Source: an uncultured delta proteobacterium (GTDB taxonomy: Bacteria > Myxococcota_A > Polyangia > Fen-1088). Taken from it: a stretch of 64,000 nt of DNA. The notes under the pieces were generated by a model. The model was not told the DNA's origin, made no database searches, and was given only the letters and a program-made list of their open reading frames with translations. Positions 18,324-30,295 of the stretch are shown here, in pieces. The stretch covers positions 128,001 through 192,000 of the forward strand of contig CAVWIP010000012.1 of assembly GCA_963755125.1 (NCBI GenBank), read 5' to 3'. The first letter of the stretch is position 1; each line of letters opens with the position of its first letter. Position numbers and translations under genes: made by a program.

Positions 18324-20036
18324 TCAATCTATGACAGAATGGCAAATTTCCCGATCTCCCACGAGTGATCCGTCGTTGTTTTCCGCAGCCGCGGCTACGG
18401 CAGCCGCCAGGGATTCGGCCAGGCGGGTGGCGGTTTGCTCTTGCTTGCGGAGCTTGGCTTCTAGGTCGTCGAGGAGGGACATCAGCGCATCCACTCGCGC
18501 CACTATCCGCGCCTGCTCATCCGGCGGCGGTACTGGGAAAGGAACGAGCTTCAGACGCGCGGCCTTGATGCCCTGGGCGGTCGTGCCTGTGGCTTTAGCC
18601 TTGATGGTCGACTGAACCAGCGGGCTCATAAGAGCCATTCTCAGGTAAGCCGGGTCGATGCCAGCGACGATTGGATGGAGAGTGATGATCCGCTGGGCCA
18701 GAGCGACTCTCTCGCGGGTAAGCAGCTGCGCGACGTTGCCCAGTGGTGCCTCGGTCGTGAACAGCACGTCTCCGTATGCGGGGAGACCACGAGTCATCCA
18801 TCGGTCGAATTCCTCGGCGGCGATGTACTCGAAGGGGTCCTCCTTTATGTAGCCCATCCGCACGTTCTTGGCGGTAATGAGGCGGACACCCTCCTTCGTT
18901 TTTCTGGGTGTTCGTCCCCTGTAGTCGATGAACCGGCAAAGCTGTCCCAACGGTGCCCACTTCCAGTGTTCGGGTATCCCGAACTCGGGGTCATAGTGCT
19001 CGCCGACGGGCACGTCTACGAGCCTGGCCTTCGACGGGACAACAAGACGGCCTGACACCGCCAGGGAGAGAACACTGCCACGCAAATCGGCCACCGTCCC
19101 CGGTTCTCTCGATATGAGCGGGAAGTTGCTGTCTATGCGTTGCCAAGCGGTGGCGAGCGCAGCAGCGTTCTCAGCGGTATTGAGAGCGGTGAGGGCGCTG
19201 TGGGTGGATTGGGTGGCGAGATCGCGCTTCTTGGTTTGCTTGGCCTCCAGGTCGTCACAGAGGGCCATAAGCTGATCGACCTTCGCCACGATGCGCTTCT
19301 GCTCGGCGAGGGGTGGCAGGGGCACGTGCACAAACGCAAAGTACTCGCCAGGGACGCGCTGCTGTCCGGCAGTTCCGGTCATCCGGCTGACGCCTCCGCC
19401 GATGAAGTACGGCGTCTTGAAGAACAACAACAGGTATTGCGGTACTACGCAGGCCACGAAGGGGCGAAGGACGTGGTACTCGGTGCTCCCCGCCCCGGCT
19501 TTGCCCGGCAGCCCGTTCATCACGCACGACTTCCCATTCTGGAAGCAGGGAGTGATCCGGGCGACGGCAATGTCCCCATCGGCAAAATGGGTGTAGCCCT
19601 TCTTGATCTCGCCCCACTTTCGTGGCTCTGACCGTACGGGCTCGCGGTAGTCGGTGGGGACAAGCGCCATGGGTACAAAGCCGACTTCCGCCGAATCGGG
19701 GATGTCGTTGCGTGGAGACACAATCCCGAGATCAGAAGGGCACGACCAAGTCCAGGAGGTTGGCAGCGCCCATCCGGGGCGCGGAAGAGAATCTTCTGAT
19801 GGACGCTGTCTGGTCTTGCCCTCCCGCGCGAGCCGCTCGCCGAGGGCAGCGAGATCGACTGCCGACTTGTCTTCCGGACGGTGCGTGCCCAGTCGCCCCA
19901 TGATTGCGGCCTGAAGGATGATGTCCCGCAGATGGCTAATGCCCCCGGGGCTGTCGGCTATGGTGGCCATCTCCGATGAAACCAGATCCATGGCGTCCCT
20001 CTCGGCGCCATCTCCTGTCGTCTGCGCTGTCTTCAT
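18324..20036 (-). CDS. hsdS: Type I restriction-modification specificity subunit
   Basis: Two target-recognition domains; PLPPLAEQKRIVAKVDQLMALCDDLE and PVPPPDEQARIV; ATGA overlap with hsdM. Confidence 0.93.
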   Translation of the reverse strand: MKTAQTTGDGAERDAMDLVSSEMATIADSPGGISHLRDIILQAAIMGRLGTHRPEDKSAVDLAALGERLAREGKTRQRPSEDSLPRPGWALPTSWTWSCPSDLGIVSPRNDIPDSAEVGFVPMALVPTDYREPVRSEPRKWGEIKKGYTHFADGDIAVARITPCFQNGKSCVMNGLPGKAGAGSTEYHVLRPFVACVVPQYLLLFFKTPYFIGGGVSRMTGTAGQQRVPGEYFAFVHVPLPPLAEQKRIVAKVDQLMALCDDLEAKQTKKRDLATQSTHSALTALNTAENAAALATAWQRIDSNFPLISREPGTVADLRGSVLSLAVSGRLVVPSKARLVDVPVGEHYDPEFGIPEHWKWAPLGQLCRFIDYRGRTPRKTKEGVRLITAKNVRMGYIKEDPFEYIAAEEFDRWMTRGLPAYGDVLFTTEAPLGNVAQLLTRERVALAQRIITLHPIVAGIDPAYLRMALMSPLVQSTIKAKATGTTAQGIKAARLKLVPFPVPPPDEQARIVARVDALMSLLDDLEAKLRKQEQTATRLAESLAAAVAAAAENNDGSLVGDREICHSVID

Positions 20037-21478
20037 CTTGCCCCCAACGCCTTCGCCAACTCCTCCCGCAATTTCTCCCGCACCTTGTCCACCTCCGCCG
20101 CCGCCTCCCGGTACTGCTTGAGCAGCTCATCCGGATCCCCCGGTCCATCGTCCACAGCCCGCGGGTTCTTGATGTCTAGGTTGTAGCTGCGGGCCTTGAT
20201 GTCCTCGATGCTGACTTTCCAGGCTTGGTCGGTCTCCTTGCGCTTGCCCCACCATTTCTTCTCGGGCGCGAATTCGTCGATGCGCATGGGCTTGGTCTTG
20301 CTGTAGCTCTTGTAGCCGGGCGGGTAGGGATGGTCGTAGTACCAGACGGTTTTGGTGGGCGTGCCTCTTTCAAAGAAGAGCAGGTTGGTCTTGATGCCGG
20401 TGTAGGGGCTGAACACGCCCTTGGGCAGGCGCACGATGGTGTGCAAGTTGCACTCTTCCAGCAGCTTTTCCTTGATGCGGGTCTTTACGCCCTCGCCAAA
20501 GAGCGTCCCATCGGGCAAGACCAGGGCAGCACGGCCGCCGGGCTTGAGCAAGGTCATCAGCAGCACCAGAAATAGATCGGCGGTTTCGCGGGTGCGGAAG
20601 GTCTGCGGAAAACTGTTCTCCACGCCGTCTTCTTCCATGCCGCCAAAGGGTGGATTGGTGACGATCACATCCACGCGATCCTTGGGGCCGTAGTCGCGCA
20701 AGGGACGGACCAGGGCGTTGTCGTGGCGGATGTTGGATGGCACCTCGATCTCGTGCAGGATCATGTTGGTCGTGCACAACAGGTGCGGCATGGGCTTCTT
20801 CTCGATGCCGCGGATGCTTTCCTGCAGCCTCGCCTCTTGCGCGGCGCTTTTCACGTACTGCTTGCGCACGTGCTCGATGGCGCACACCAGGAAGCCGCCG
20901 GTGCCACACGCGGGGTCGAGAACTGTTTCGCCCAGCTTGGGGTCGACCATGTCCACGATGAACTGGGTCACGGCGCGCGGGGTGTAGTATTCGCCCGCGT
21001 TCCCGGCGCCCTGCAGGTCGGCCAGGATCTGTTCGTAGATGTCGTTGAATTGGTGGCGGTCAGTGGCGCGGTTGAAGTTGATCTCGTTCAGCTTGTTGAT
21101 CACCTGGCGCATCAGGTGACCGCTCTTCATGTAGTTGTAGGCGTCCTCGAACACGTCGCGCACCACCGCGGCCAGCTTGGCCTGCTTGCCGGTGGCGGGC
21201 AGTTCCTTCAACGCCTTGAACACGTCGTTGTTCACGAAGTCGAGCAGGGCATCGCCGGTGATGCCCTCGGGGTTATTGGCCCAGGTCCGCCAGCGCAGAC
21301 GCTGCGGGATGGGGGACTTGTAGTCGTCGTCCAGCAGTTCCTTTTCGGCATCGCGGTCGTCCAGCACCTTGAGGAACAACATCCAGCCGAGCTGGCTGAC
21401 CCGCTGGGCGTCGCCATCGACCCCGGCATCCTTGCGCATGATGTCCTGGATCGTCTTGATGGTCGTACTGAGGGACAT
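20033..21478 (-). CDS. hsdM: Type I restriction-modification N6-adenine methyltransferase
   Basis: IQDIMRKDAGVDGDAQR, GEYYTPR, DPACGTGGFL and NPPF. Confidence 0.96.
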   Translation of the reverse strand: MSLSTTIKTIQDIMRKDAGVDGDAQRVSQLGWMLFLKVLDDRDAEKELLDDDYKSPIPQRLRWRTWANNPEGITGDALLDFVNNDVFKALKELPATGKQAKLAAVVRDVFEDAYNYMKSGHLMRQVINKLNEINFNRATDRHQFNDIYEQILADLQGAGNAGEYYTPRAVTQFIVDMVDPKLGETVLDPACGTGGFLVCAIEHVRKQYVKSAAQEARLQESIRGIEKKPMPHLLCTTNMILHEIEVPSNIRHDNALVRPLRDYGPKDRVDVIVTNPPFGGMEEDGVENSFPQTFRTRETADLFLVLLMTLLKPGGRAALVLPDGTLFGEGVKTRIKEKLLEECNLHTIVRLPKGVFSPYTGIKTNLLFFERGTPTKTVWYYDHPYPPGYKSYSKTKPMRIDEFAPEKKWWGKRKETDQAWKVSIEDIKARSYNLDIKNPRAVDDGPGDPDELLKQYREAAAEVDKVREKLREELAKALGAR

Positions 21479-21510
21479 GGGACAGATCTCCGGTCAGGCC
21501 AGGCCCGACG

Positions 21511-23888
21511 TCAAGAAGCCTTGTACAGCTCGTCCTCAAGATCGCGGACAGCCTGCTGGTACTTGTCTTTGCCGCCGAAGGTTTCCACGATCTCGACCGG
21601 GGTGCCCAGGCGGGACAGCGGGTTCAGCTTGAGAACGTTCATGGTCTCGATGTCGTCCACGCCCTCGTCGGCGTACTTCTGCAGCAGCGCCTCCAGGGTA
21701 TCGCGGGCAGCGGGACCGTACTTGGTGAAGTAGTTCCGCTTGCGCACGTTGTTTGCGCGCTCCTTGCGGGTCAGGGCTGGCTGGTCAAAGGCCACGTGGC
21801 ACACGAGATCGAAGGCCGAGAAGTCCTTGCCCACTTCCTCGGCCAGCTCCTCGAAGAAGACGCCCTGCTCGCGCAGCTCGGCGACGACAGCCTGCTTGCG
21901 GTCCGCCTCGGTCCAGACTTTGAGGAACCGATCCAGGGACGCGAACTCTTTGCGCACAGCTTTGCGGACGTAGTCGCGCAAGGATTCGCTGACCAGTTTG
22001 CCGTCATTGCCGTAGTACTGGACGCGCTCGGCGAAAACGGTCACGGGTACGTCGTCCACGATGAACTTCTTGCGGTGGGTGCCTTCGGCAGAGGCAGCTT
22101 CGCCGGGACCGCCTTCCCCGATCCCCTGGGATTCGCCATCAGCGAACGCCGGCGTGGCGGCGGTGCTGCCTTCCTCGTCCGGGATCTCTGGTGGAACCGG
22201 GGACTGGTCAGGCTTGGGTCTGTAGATCTGGACCGGCTGGCCATCGAAGTCGGGATCGGCGAACAGCTCGGTGGCGCGCTTGAAGTCGATGATGGTGAAA
22301 AAGCGCTTGTTGTAGTCCTCGCGGATGCGCGTGCCGCGCCCGATGATCTGCTTGAACTCGGTCATGGACTGGATGGTCTGGTCGAGGACGATCAGCTTGC
22401 AGGTCTGGGCGTCCACGCCGGTGCTCATCAATTTCGATGTGGTCGCGATGACCGGATAGGGCTCGTCGGGAGTGATGAAGTTTTCCAGCTCGCCCTTGCC
22501 ATCGGGGCTGTCCCCGGTGATGCGCATGATGTACTTGCGGTTGGCGGAAGACAGATCCTCGTTCTCGTTGACCAGGGCCTGGCGCATGCGTTCGGCGTGA
22601 TCGATGTCTTCGCAGAAGATGATGGTCTTGTCGTAGCGGTCGGTGGCCTTGAGAAACTCGGTCACCTTGCGCGCCACGAGTTCCGTCCGCTTTTCGAGGA
22701 CCAGGGTGCGGTCGAAGTCGCGCTGATTGTAGATGCGGTCGTCGATGACCTCGCCGTGCTTGTCGCGCCTGCCTTGCTCGGGCCGCCAACCCTGAAGATC
22801 CTTGTCCAGATCGATGCGAACCACCTTGTAGGGGGCCAGGAAGCCGTCTTCGATGCCTTGCTTGAGCGAGTAGACGTAGACCGGCTCGCCGAAGTAGTTC
22901 GTGGTGGAGATGTCGGTGGTTTCCTTGGGCGTGGCGGTCAGGCCGATCTGCGTCGCCGATGAGAAATAGTCCAAGATCTCGCGCCAGGCGGAATTGGCGT
23001 TTGCGCTGCCGCGGTGACATTCATCGACCACGATCAGGTCGAAGAATCCAGGGGAGAACTGCTTGAAGATATCCTGCGACTCTTCGTTGCCAGAAATCGC
23101 CTGGTACAAGGCCAGGTAGATCTCGTAGGACTTCTCGGCCTGGCGATTCTTGATCCGGTGCATGGCCGCACCAAACGGGCTGAAGTCCTTGTTCTTGGTC
23201 TGGGTCAACAGGATGTCGCGGTCGCGAGGAACAAGATGCGCTTCTTGATGCCCGCTTTCCACAGACGCCAGATGATCTGGAACGCGGTGTAGGTCTTGCC
23301 GGTGCCAGTGGCCATGACCAGCAGGACGCGGTCTTGTCCCTTGGCGATGGCCTCGACTGTGGCGTTGATGGCGCGGGCCTGGTAGTAGCGCGGGCTCTTA
23401 TCGACGGCGTCTGGGTAGTAGTCCTGGGTGACGGTGGGCAAGCTGGCGCCGCTGATGCCCTTCCAGGTGCAGTAGCGCTTCCACAGCTCGGCCGGCGAAG
23501 GGAACGCGTCCATGGAAAATTCATGCTCGGGACGCCGCTGCTGGCCGGACCTGTCGTGTTCGAGGAAGCCGTCGCCGTTTGAGCTGTAGACCGAGGGCAC
23601 GCCCAGCATTTCGGCGTAGGTCAGGGCCTGTTGCATGCCATCGCCAACCCGGTGCTTGTTGTCCTTGGCCTCAACCACCGCGATGGGAATGTTCGGCTTG
23701 TGGAAGAGGACGTAGTCGGCGAACTTCCGCTCGCCCCGCCGGACCATGCGTCCACGGACGATGACCTGGCCGTCGGTCAAGAAGACCTGCTCACGCACCT
23801 GGGAATTGATGTCCCACCCGGCCGCGGTCAACGCCGGGGTGATGAACTTGGTGCAGATGTCCCGTTCCGACAGGTCCTTCTTGTTCAC
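21511..23888 (-). pseudogene. hsdR: Type I restriction endonuclease subunit (EcoAI-like), frameshifted near 23224
   Basis: GTG start VNKKDLSERDICTK; ADYVL..VEAK nuclease motif; MATGTGKT; frame break at RILFLA; second frame carries DECHRGS, GLTATP and QIIGRGTR. Confidence 0.92.
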
Positions 23889-23958
23889 GATATGCCCGCC
23901 AGCCAGACGCCATGGTACCGCAGATCGCCGTGGCTGGCGCGATTGAAGACAGACAGTC

Positions 23959-24831
23959 TTACCCCGTCGGCTTCTTCCCCGGCGTTCCCGGCACTTTTCG
24001 GAAATCCACGAACAGCTTGCGCTCGGTGGGCTGGCAGGTGGGGCAGAAGCAGGCGTCGTCGCGGCCCACGCGTACGCGGCGGATGGTGGTGGCACACACC
24101 GGGCAGGGCTCGCCCGCGCGGCCGCGCACCTTGAGAAAGTCGCGCACCTTCACTTCGATGGGCAGATTGCGCGCCTCAATCTCGCGAATCGCGGCGTTCA
24201 GTGTGTCGCGGATGGCGGCGAAGAGACGGTCCACTTCGTCGGCCTGCAACTTGTGACAGAAGGTCTTGGGGTGCAGACGCGCGGCGAAGAGAATCTCGTC
24301 GGCGTACGCGTTGCCGATGGATGCGAGCGCGGTCTTGTCGAGGAGAAACTGCCGGACTTGATCGCGCCGGCCGGCCACCAGACGCCGCACGTACGCCAGG
24401 GTGAATTCGCTCGAAAGCAGGTCCACGCCCAGGGTGGCGAAGCCGGGGATCTGGTCCACCTGGTCGGCGCGGGCCACGTAGATTTTGCCCATGCGGGTCT
24501 CGTCCGCGTAGCGCAGCTCGGTGCCGCCCGAGAAGGCCAGCGCCAAGATCAAATCGCGGCCCGCGCGCGCCCCCACTTCCACCAACGAATACCGGCCGGT
24601 CAACATGGCGTTCACCACCAGGCACAGGCCGCCATCCAGATCGAAACGCAGAAACTGCCCGCGTCGCCTCACCTCGACGATGCGCTTGTCTTTCAGCACC
24701 GCCGGGAACGGGTCCGGCACCATGATCCGAAGCACCACCGGATCGCCGACGCGGACATCGGTGATAGGCAAGCCGCACACCGACCGGCGTAATACGGCTT
24801 CCACGTGGACCAGATCGGGCAACTCGGGCAC
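23959..24831 (-). CDS. Fpg/Nei family DNA glycosylase/AP lyase
   Basis: GTG start giving PELPDL, RRGQFL, IGNAYADEILF H2TH motif and CPVC...CPTC zinc finger. Confidence 0.9.
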   Translation of the reverse strand: MPELPDLVHVEAVLRRSVCGLPITDVRVGDPVVLRIMVPDPFPAVLKDKRIVEVRRRGQFLRFDLDGGLCLVVNAMLTGRYSLVEVGARAGRDLILALAFSGGTELRYADETRMGKIYVARADQVDQIPGFATLGVDLLSSEFTLAYVRRLVAGRRDQVRQFLLDKTALASIGNAYADEILFAARLHPKTFCHKLQADEVDRLFAAIRDTLNAAIREIEARNLPIEVKVRDFLKVRGRAGEPCPVCATTIRRVRVGRDDACFCPTCQPTERKLFVDFRKVPGTPGKKPTG

Positions 24832-25011
24832 GTCATCACGGTAGCACCAGTGCCCGCGGTTTGCTTTGGCCCGGGTACTGGGCGCATGATGACAGTCTGC
24901 GGTGTGGCGGGGCTGACATACGTGCCCCGATCGTGTCGTCCTCGCCAAAGGCAACGGCCGGAATCCAGGCGGTCTTCCCTTTGGCTGGGCATTTGCAAGG
25001 GGTGACGAGCC

Positions 25012-26004
<993 letters not shown>

Positions 26005-26006
26005 CC

Positions 26007-27212
26007 ATGAAAACTCAACTTGCACTCGCCGCCGGTTTCGTCGGGCTTCTTGCGGCCCGCTCGGTGTTTCCCTGTGGCGCGCCCTTTGGCACAGGAATAT
26101 CGGCCAATCCGCAGCAGGACATCATCGTGGCCTACAAGAACGGCGTGGAGACCTACGTGTTCCAGCCCACGTTCTGCGGCACCGCGACCGATTTTGGGCT
26201 GATCCTGCCTGTCCCTTCAACTCTCACAGCGTCCCCGGCCCTGTCCGACCAGCAAGCCTTCACCACCGTCGATAGCCTGTCGCAGCCGGAGTACATCACC
26301 AACACCGTTTGTATGGGAGGGACCACAGGTAGTGGGACGGGGGGGCTGGCCGGCGCGGCCGGAGCGCCCGGGTCGAACGCCGGCGCCACCGTGGTTTCGA
26401 GTGGCCGGGTGGGCTTCCTCGATTGGGTTCAGCTAAAGGCTGATACCGTGGCGTCGTTCACGGATTGGCTGAACAGCAACGGGTATCCTTACGGCACGGC
26501 AGCCTCCAACGTATTTTCCTACTACGTGCAGGAGGGCTGGTACTTCGTGGCGTTCAGGATCAGCCAGGGGGCAGTGCCGGACGGCGGGAGCGGCGTGTAT
26601 TGCAATGCCCTGGGTCCGGTCGAGCTGTCGTTCACGTCCACTGTGCCGGTCGTGCCCTCGCGCATGGCGACTGCCGGCACCGTCGCGTCGTCGGGTTCCT
26701 ATTCCTACGCCTTTTCTTGGCGCATCTTTGGCATCACCACGGGCGACCAGCAACTGGCCTTTACCGATGGCGCGAACGCCAATCGGGTACTTGGATACTC
26801 GGGCGCACTGGCCGCGGCCGATGTGACTTCTTTGGCGGGTCTGGCCCAGACGGGCGACCGTCTGACCAAGCTGACTTTGACTTTTTCCTACGGATCGACG
26901 GACCCGGACGTCGGCCTGTCTTTGGCCGCCGCGAGTGACTATCGGCAGATAATATACAACACCCAGTATATCTATTGCCCCGATGCCGGCACTGACACTC
27001 CTGTCGACGCAACTCATGTGACGCCAGCGGCAGACGCAGGAACCAAGCCCGATGCGCTACCCGCACTGGCAAGTGTCGACGCCGCCGGCACCGCTGGGAT
27101 TTCTGCCAGGGGCAGCGGCTGCTCGATGGCGACAGGCTCCGCTTCCGGCGGCTGCTTCGCTCTGGCCTTGCTCGGGTTGGTGGTCGCTGTCCGGCTGCGC
27201 AGGCGGCGATAG
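26007..27212 (+). CDS. DUF2330-like exported protein with MYXO-CTERM-type sorting signal
   Basis: DFGLILPVPS, WLNSNGY, YVQEGWYFVAFR; C-terminal GSGCSM...ALLGLVVAVRLRRRR. Confidence 0.8.
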   Translation: MKTQLALAAGFVGLLAARSVFPCGAPFGTGISANPQQDIIVAYKNGVETYVFQPTFCGTATDFGLILPVPSTLTASPALSDQQAFTTVDSLSQPEYITNTVCMGGTTGSGTGGLAGAAGAPGSNAGATVVSSGRVGFLDWVQLKADTVASFTDWLNSNGYPYGTAASNVFSYYVQEGWYFVAFRISQGAVPDGGSGVYCNALGPVELSFTSTVPVVPSRMATAGTVASSGSYSYAFSWRIFGITTGDQQLAFTDGANANRVLGYSGALAAADVTSLAGLAQTGDRLTKLTLTFSYGSTDPDVGLSLAAASDYRQIIYNTQYIYCPDAGTDTPVDATHVTPAADAGTKPDALPALASVDAAGTAGISARGSGCSMATGSASGGCFALALLGLVVAVRLRRRR

Positions 27213-27322
27213 GACGGGCCAGAGGCTGGAGGTTCGCGGCTATCTTGTGCCTGCGGGCGCGGCGAGGTTTGTTCGCGGCGTTCTGGCAGCAGAGCCACTC
27301 ATGGCGCGGCCGGTGCAATCAC

Positions 27323-28657
27323 CTATCCAGCTCGGTACAGGCGCCACAGCCACGCCGGCCCGAGTGATTCTTGCAGCGCGACGGCAGTCAGGGTCACGAA
27401 GAAGAGGAGCCGAACCGCGTAGACGATCTGGCGCCTCGCCGGCGCGCCAATCCACGACATCGAAATCAACAGGTGCCACGCGCAGAACTCGCGCAGACTG
27501 AAAATGGTGAGGCCAAGCCAGGCAAGGACCGCCACGTCCAGCCAGGCCCGTGACCACAAGAGCATACCGCCGCAGAACACGAGCAGGGCGGCCACGTTCC
27601 AGGCCATCGGAACGTTCAACCCTGGCGACGACAGGAGCAGCGGATTGGTAACGCCGGATTGACGCAAGCCGGGCAAGTCCAGCCAAAACGCGTACAGCGA
27701 GGCTGCCGCACAGCCAGCCGCCACGGCCAGCGCCGGCAGATCCCGCCAGGTCCAGCGTTTCCACGCCCGATCCTTCAGCAGCAGGAACACGCCATAAAGC
27801 ACCCATGGCGCCAGAAAGAACGCCCGGAAATGTACGAAGGCCGCCACGCAGTACGCGACAATGGCAGCCAGGCTGCGCCGTTGGCCCAAGTAGCGCGCGC
27901 ACAGGGCCAGGGGGACCATGGCGGCGCAGTCGTAGAACCCTTCGAGCGACCAGTGCATCATGCACGAATAGAGGAACGACACACCCAGCCACTCGACACC
28001 CGATCGCGGTCCTTCGAAGTACGACAGCAGGAAGCAAAACAGGGCGACGTGGGCGGCCAGGATGAACCACCCAAAGAGCAGCCGGCAGGCGGTTTTGAGG
28101 GAGATCGGTGTAAAGTGGTAGATGGCCGCGATTGGTGCGAAGAAGAGTACGTCACCCGGCGGGTACATTCGCGACTTGTGCGACCAATTGGTGGCCAGGG
28201 GTTTCGTCTCGGGCCATCCAGGAACGAAATACACACCATCCGACGGGACGCCTGGTACGCGCACATCCGCCGGCAAGCGCGCCAATTCGGCGGCGGTCAG
28301 TGGACGGAACATTTCGTGGATCGGTTTCCTCCACAGATCCGGGCCGACGCGCGTGAAGACCCGGGCTGTGTTCATATGTGAAAAATGGTCGGTCCACGCG
28401 CCGTTGGACAGATCGCCCCACGGGTGGTCGAATGTGCGGGCGCCATTCCAGACCGACCACAGGACCAGGGAGACCAGGGTGATGGTCAGGGCCTTGCGCC
28501 GCGGGGATGGATCATCGAGGCACAGCAAACGGCGCAACGGTTTCCACAGCCCTGCCAATGGTTGAAGAAGTGCTCGGAGGCGACCGACCTGCGACACGAC
28601 TGTCGTGGTAACAGCCCCGGGCAGTCTATTGCCTCTTGTTTTCCTTGGGAAAAGCAT
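27323..28657 (-). CDS. Polytopic membrane protein, possible GT-C-fold glycosyltransferase
   Basis: About 10 TM segments; first loop contains TDH and YPPG; EGFYD motif. Start uncertain (28657 or 28765). Confidence 0.55.
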   Translation of the reverse strand: MLFPRKTRGNRLPGAVTTTVVSQVGRLRALLQPLAGLWKPLRRLLCLDDPSPRRKALTITLVSLVLWSVWNGARTFDHPWGDLSNGAWTDHFSHMNTARVFTRVGPDLWRKPIHEMFRPLTAAELARLPADVRVPGVPSDGVYFVPGWPETKPLATNWSHKSRMYPPGDVLFFAPIAAIYHFTPISLKTACRLLFGWFILAAHVALFCFLLSYFEGPRSGVEWLGVSFLYSCMMHWSLEGFYDCAAMVPLALCARYLGQRRSLAAIVAYCVAAFVHFRAFFLAPWVLYGVFLLLKDRAWKRWTWRDLPALAVAAGCAAASLYAFWLDLPGLRQSGVTNPLLLSSPGLNVPMAWNVAALLVFCGGMLLWSRAWLDVAVLAWLGLTIFSLREFCAWHLLISMSWIGAPARRQIVYAVRLLFFVTLTAVALQESLGPAWLWRLYRAG

Positions 28658-28777
28658 GATTTGACGTGCGTTCCAGCAAACCGCGAGCCAGTCGTCGCTG
28701 CCGAGGGACAACCTCCACGATGCACCCGGTCCGAACACGCGTCGAGAAACCCGAGCAACGCGCATTCAGTGGTCGGG

Positions 28778-30295
28778 TCAGCGGCTGCGTTCGAGCACCA
28801 CGATGGCATGCCGGTCGAACTTCGGTACGAAACCAGCCCGCCGGGCTTGAGAGTCGACCGACGAGCCCTTGCCGGCCAGCACGTGCGAAAAGAGGCGATT
28901 GGACAGGAGCTCGGGCTCGTACTTGACCTGGGGCAGATCGCGGCCGAACCACACGGTGGCGCCGGTGTAGAAGTGCCAATCCAACAACAGGCCGGTCGCG
29001 TTCTTCTGGCGCGCCACCCAAGCCTGACCGTCGAGGCGAGCGTGCGAAATGTCGAAGTCGAATTGTCGCAAATGGCGAGCGCCGTCCACCACCACGGCCA
29101 GCATGCCGGCGACGATGACCAGTTGCTTTGCGCGAGTGAGCCATCGCCGCAAGCGGCTTGGCGCTGCGCCACCGTTGCTGGGCGGCGCGCGCGAGAAGAG
29201 CCAATGCCCGAGCACGGTTCCCGCCGCAATCAACAGGAACGGCCAGAAGAGCAGCGCGAAGCGTTCTTCCTTGTGCGCCTGCGTGCTGATGTAGCCGAGC
29301 AGACCCGCAGCCGAAAGCACGAACGGCCAGGTGGCGCGCAAACCGCAGATGGCCGGCAAGACCAGGATGGCCAGGCCGATAGGCAAACGCGCCCAGATGC
29401 CTGCCAGGTACCAAGTCGCGGGTTCGGTGCCGAACTCCGCGGCCCGGCCCTGGATGATGTTGAACTTGATGAAGGCGAGAAAAGATCCGAAGAAATGTCC
29501 CCAGGTCAACCGATCGACGATCCCGAACAGGGCCACCGGGACCAGGGCCGTCCCCGCAAGGATGGCGAGATCCCGCCACCGGTGCCGGGCGCCGAGCCAG
29601 ATCGCGGGCAGCAAAACCAGCGCGCCGTTGACGATGCGCAGACAGACCGCGAGGGACAGCAGCGTGCCGATGACGACGGCGCGCCCCTTTCCCTCTCGCG
29701 GGTCGAGTTCGGTCTGCTCGGCGACCAGGGCAAACGCGACGATGAGGACGATCATCGAAGGCAGCTCGGTGAGCGGCTCGACCGAATACAGGGCCAGCAG
29801 GGGAAAGGTCGCCATGAGAAAAGCGGCGACGAGTCCACCTTGCCAGCCCGCGGGTGGCGCGTCGCCAACGAACCCCATGGGCGCCGGCTGATCGAACACC
29901 AGATGTCCGCACGCACAGCACGGATGACGAGGGCGAAGCTGCCGCGCGCACGAAGCCCCCGCCCGCCACGCCGCCCACACCATGAACATCGACAGCAAGC
30001 CCCAACTCAAGCGAATCATCTCGCCGATCGTGCTGCCCCGCAGGCCCAGGCTCCTTCCCAGCGCCATCCACGCCCCGTGGTAACCGGGCAGTACCCAGGA
30101 GCGCAGACCGTCGGTCCACTCCCAGGTCTTCATGCCCTCACCCGTCACGCGGGTCCAGGCTGGCTCCAGGCTCTGAAAGTAGGCGTCTGGATACAGTACC
30201 GGTCCCAGGCGCGCGGCCACGATGCGGCCCACGAAGCCCACGGCGAGCACGATGCCGAGAATGAAGCGCACGCGTCGTGCGGTCATCGTCCCCAC
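28778..30295 (-). CDS. GT-C glycosyltransferase, Alg9/PIG-B-like (GT22) mannosyltransferase family
   Basis: YPDAYFQSLEPA...TWEW..GLRSW, FIKFNI and HKEERF motifs; many TM helices. Confidence 0.8.
   Translation of the reverse strand: MGTMTARRVRFILGIVLAVGFVGRIVAARLGPVLYPDAYFQSLEPAWTRVTGEGMKTWEWTDGLRSWVLPGYHGAWMALGRSLGLRGSTIGEMIRLSWGLLSMFMVWAAWRAGASCARQLRPRHPCCACGHLVFDQPAPMGFVGDAPPAGWQGGLVAAFLMATFPLLALYSVEPLTELPSMIVLIVAFALVAEQTELDPREGKGRAVVIGTLLSLAVCLRIVNGALVLLPAIWLGARHRWRDLAILAGTALVPVALFGIVDRLTWGHFFGSFLAFIKFNIIQGRAAEFGTEPATWYLAGIWARLPIGLAILVLPAICGLRATWPFVLSAAGLLGYISTQAHKEERFALLFWPFLLIAAGTVLGHWLFSRAPPSNGGAAPSRLRRWLTRAKQLVIVAGMLAVVVDGARHLRQFDFDISHARLDGQAWVARQKNATGLLLDWHFYTGATVWFGRDLPQVKYEPELLSNRLFSHVLAGKGSSVDSQARRAGFVPKFDRHAIVVLERSR

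Noticed and set aside
13854..23888. Calling the TA and R-M region a discrete mobile element or prophage
   Set aside because: No integrase, transposase, phage gene or flanking att repeats were seen; it is described only as defence-island-like.
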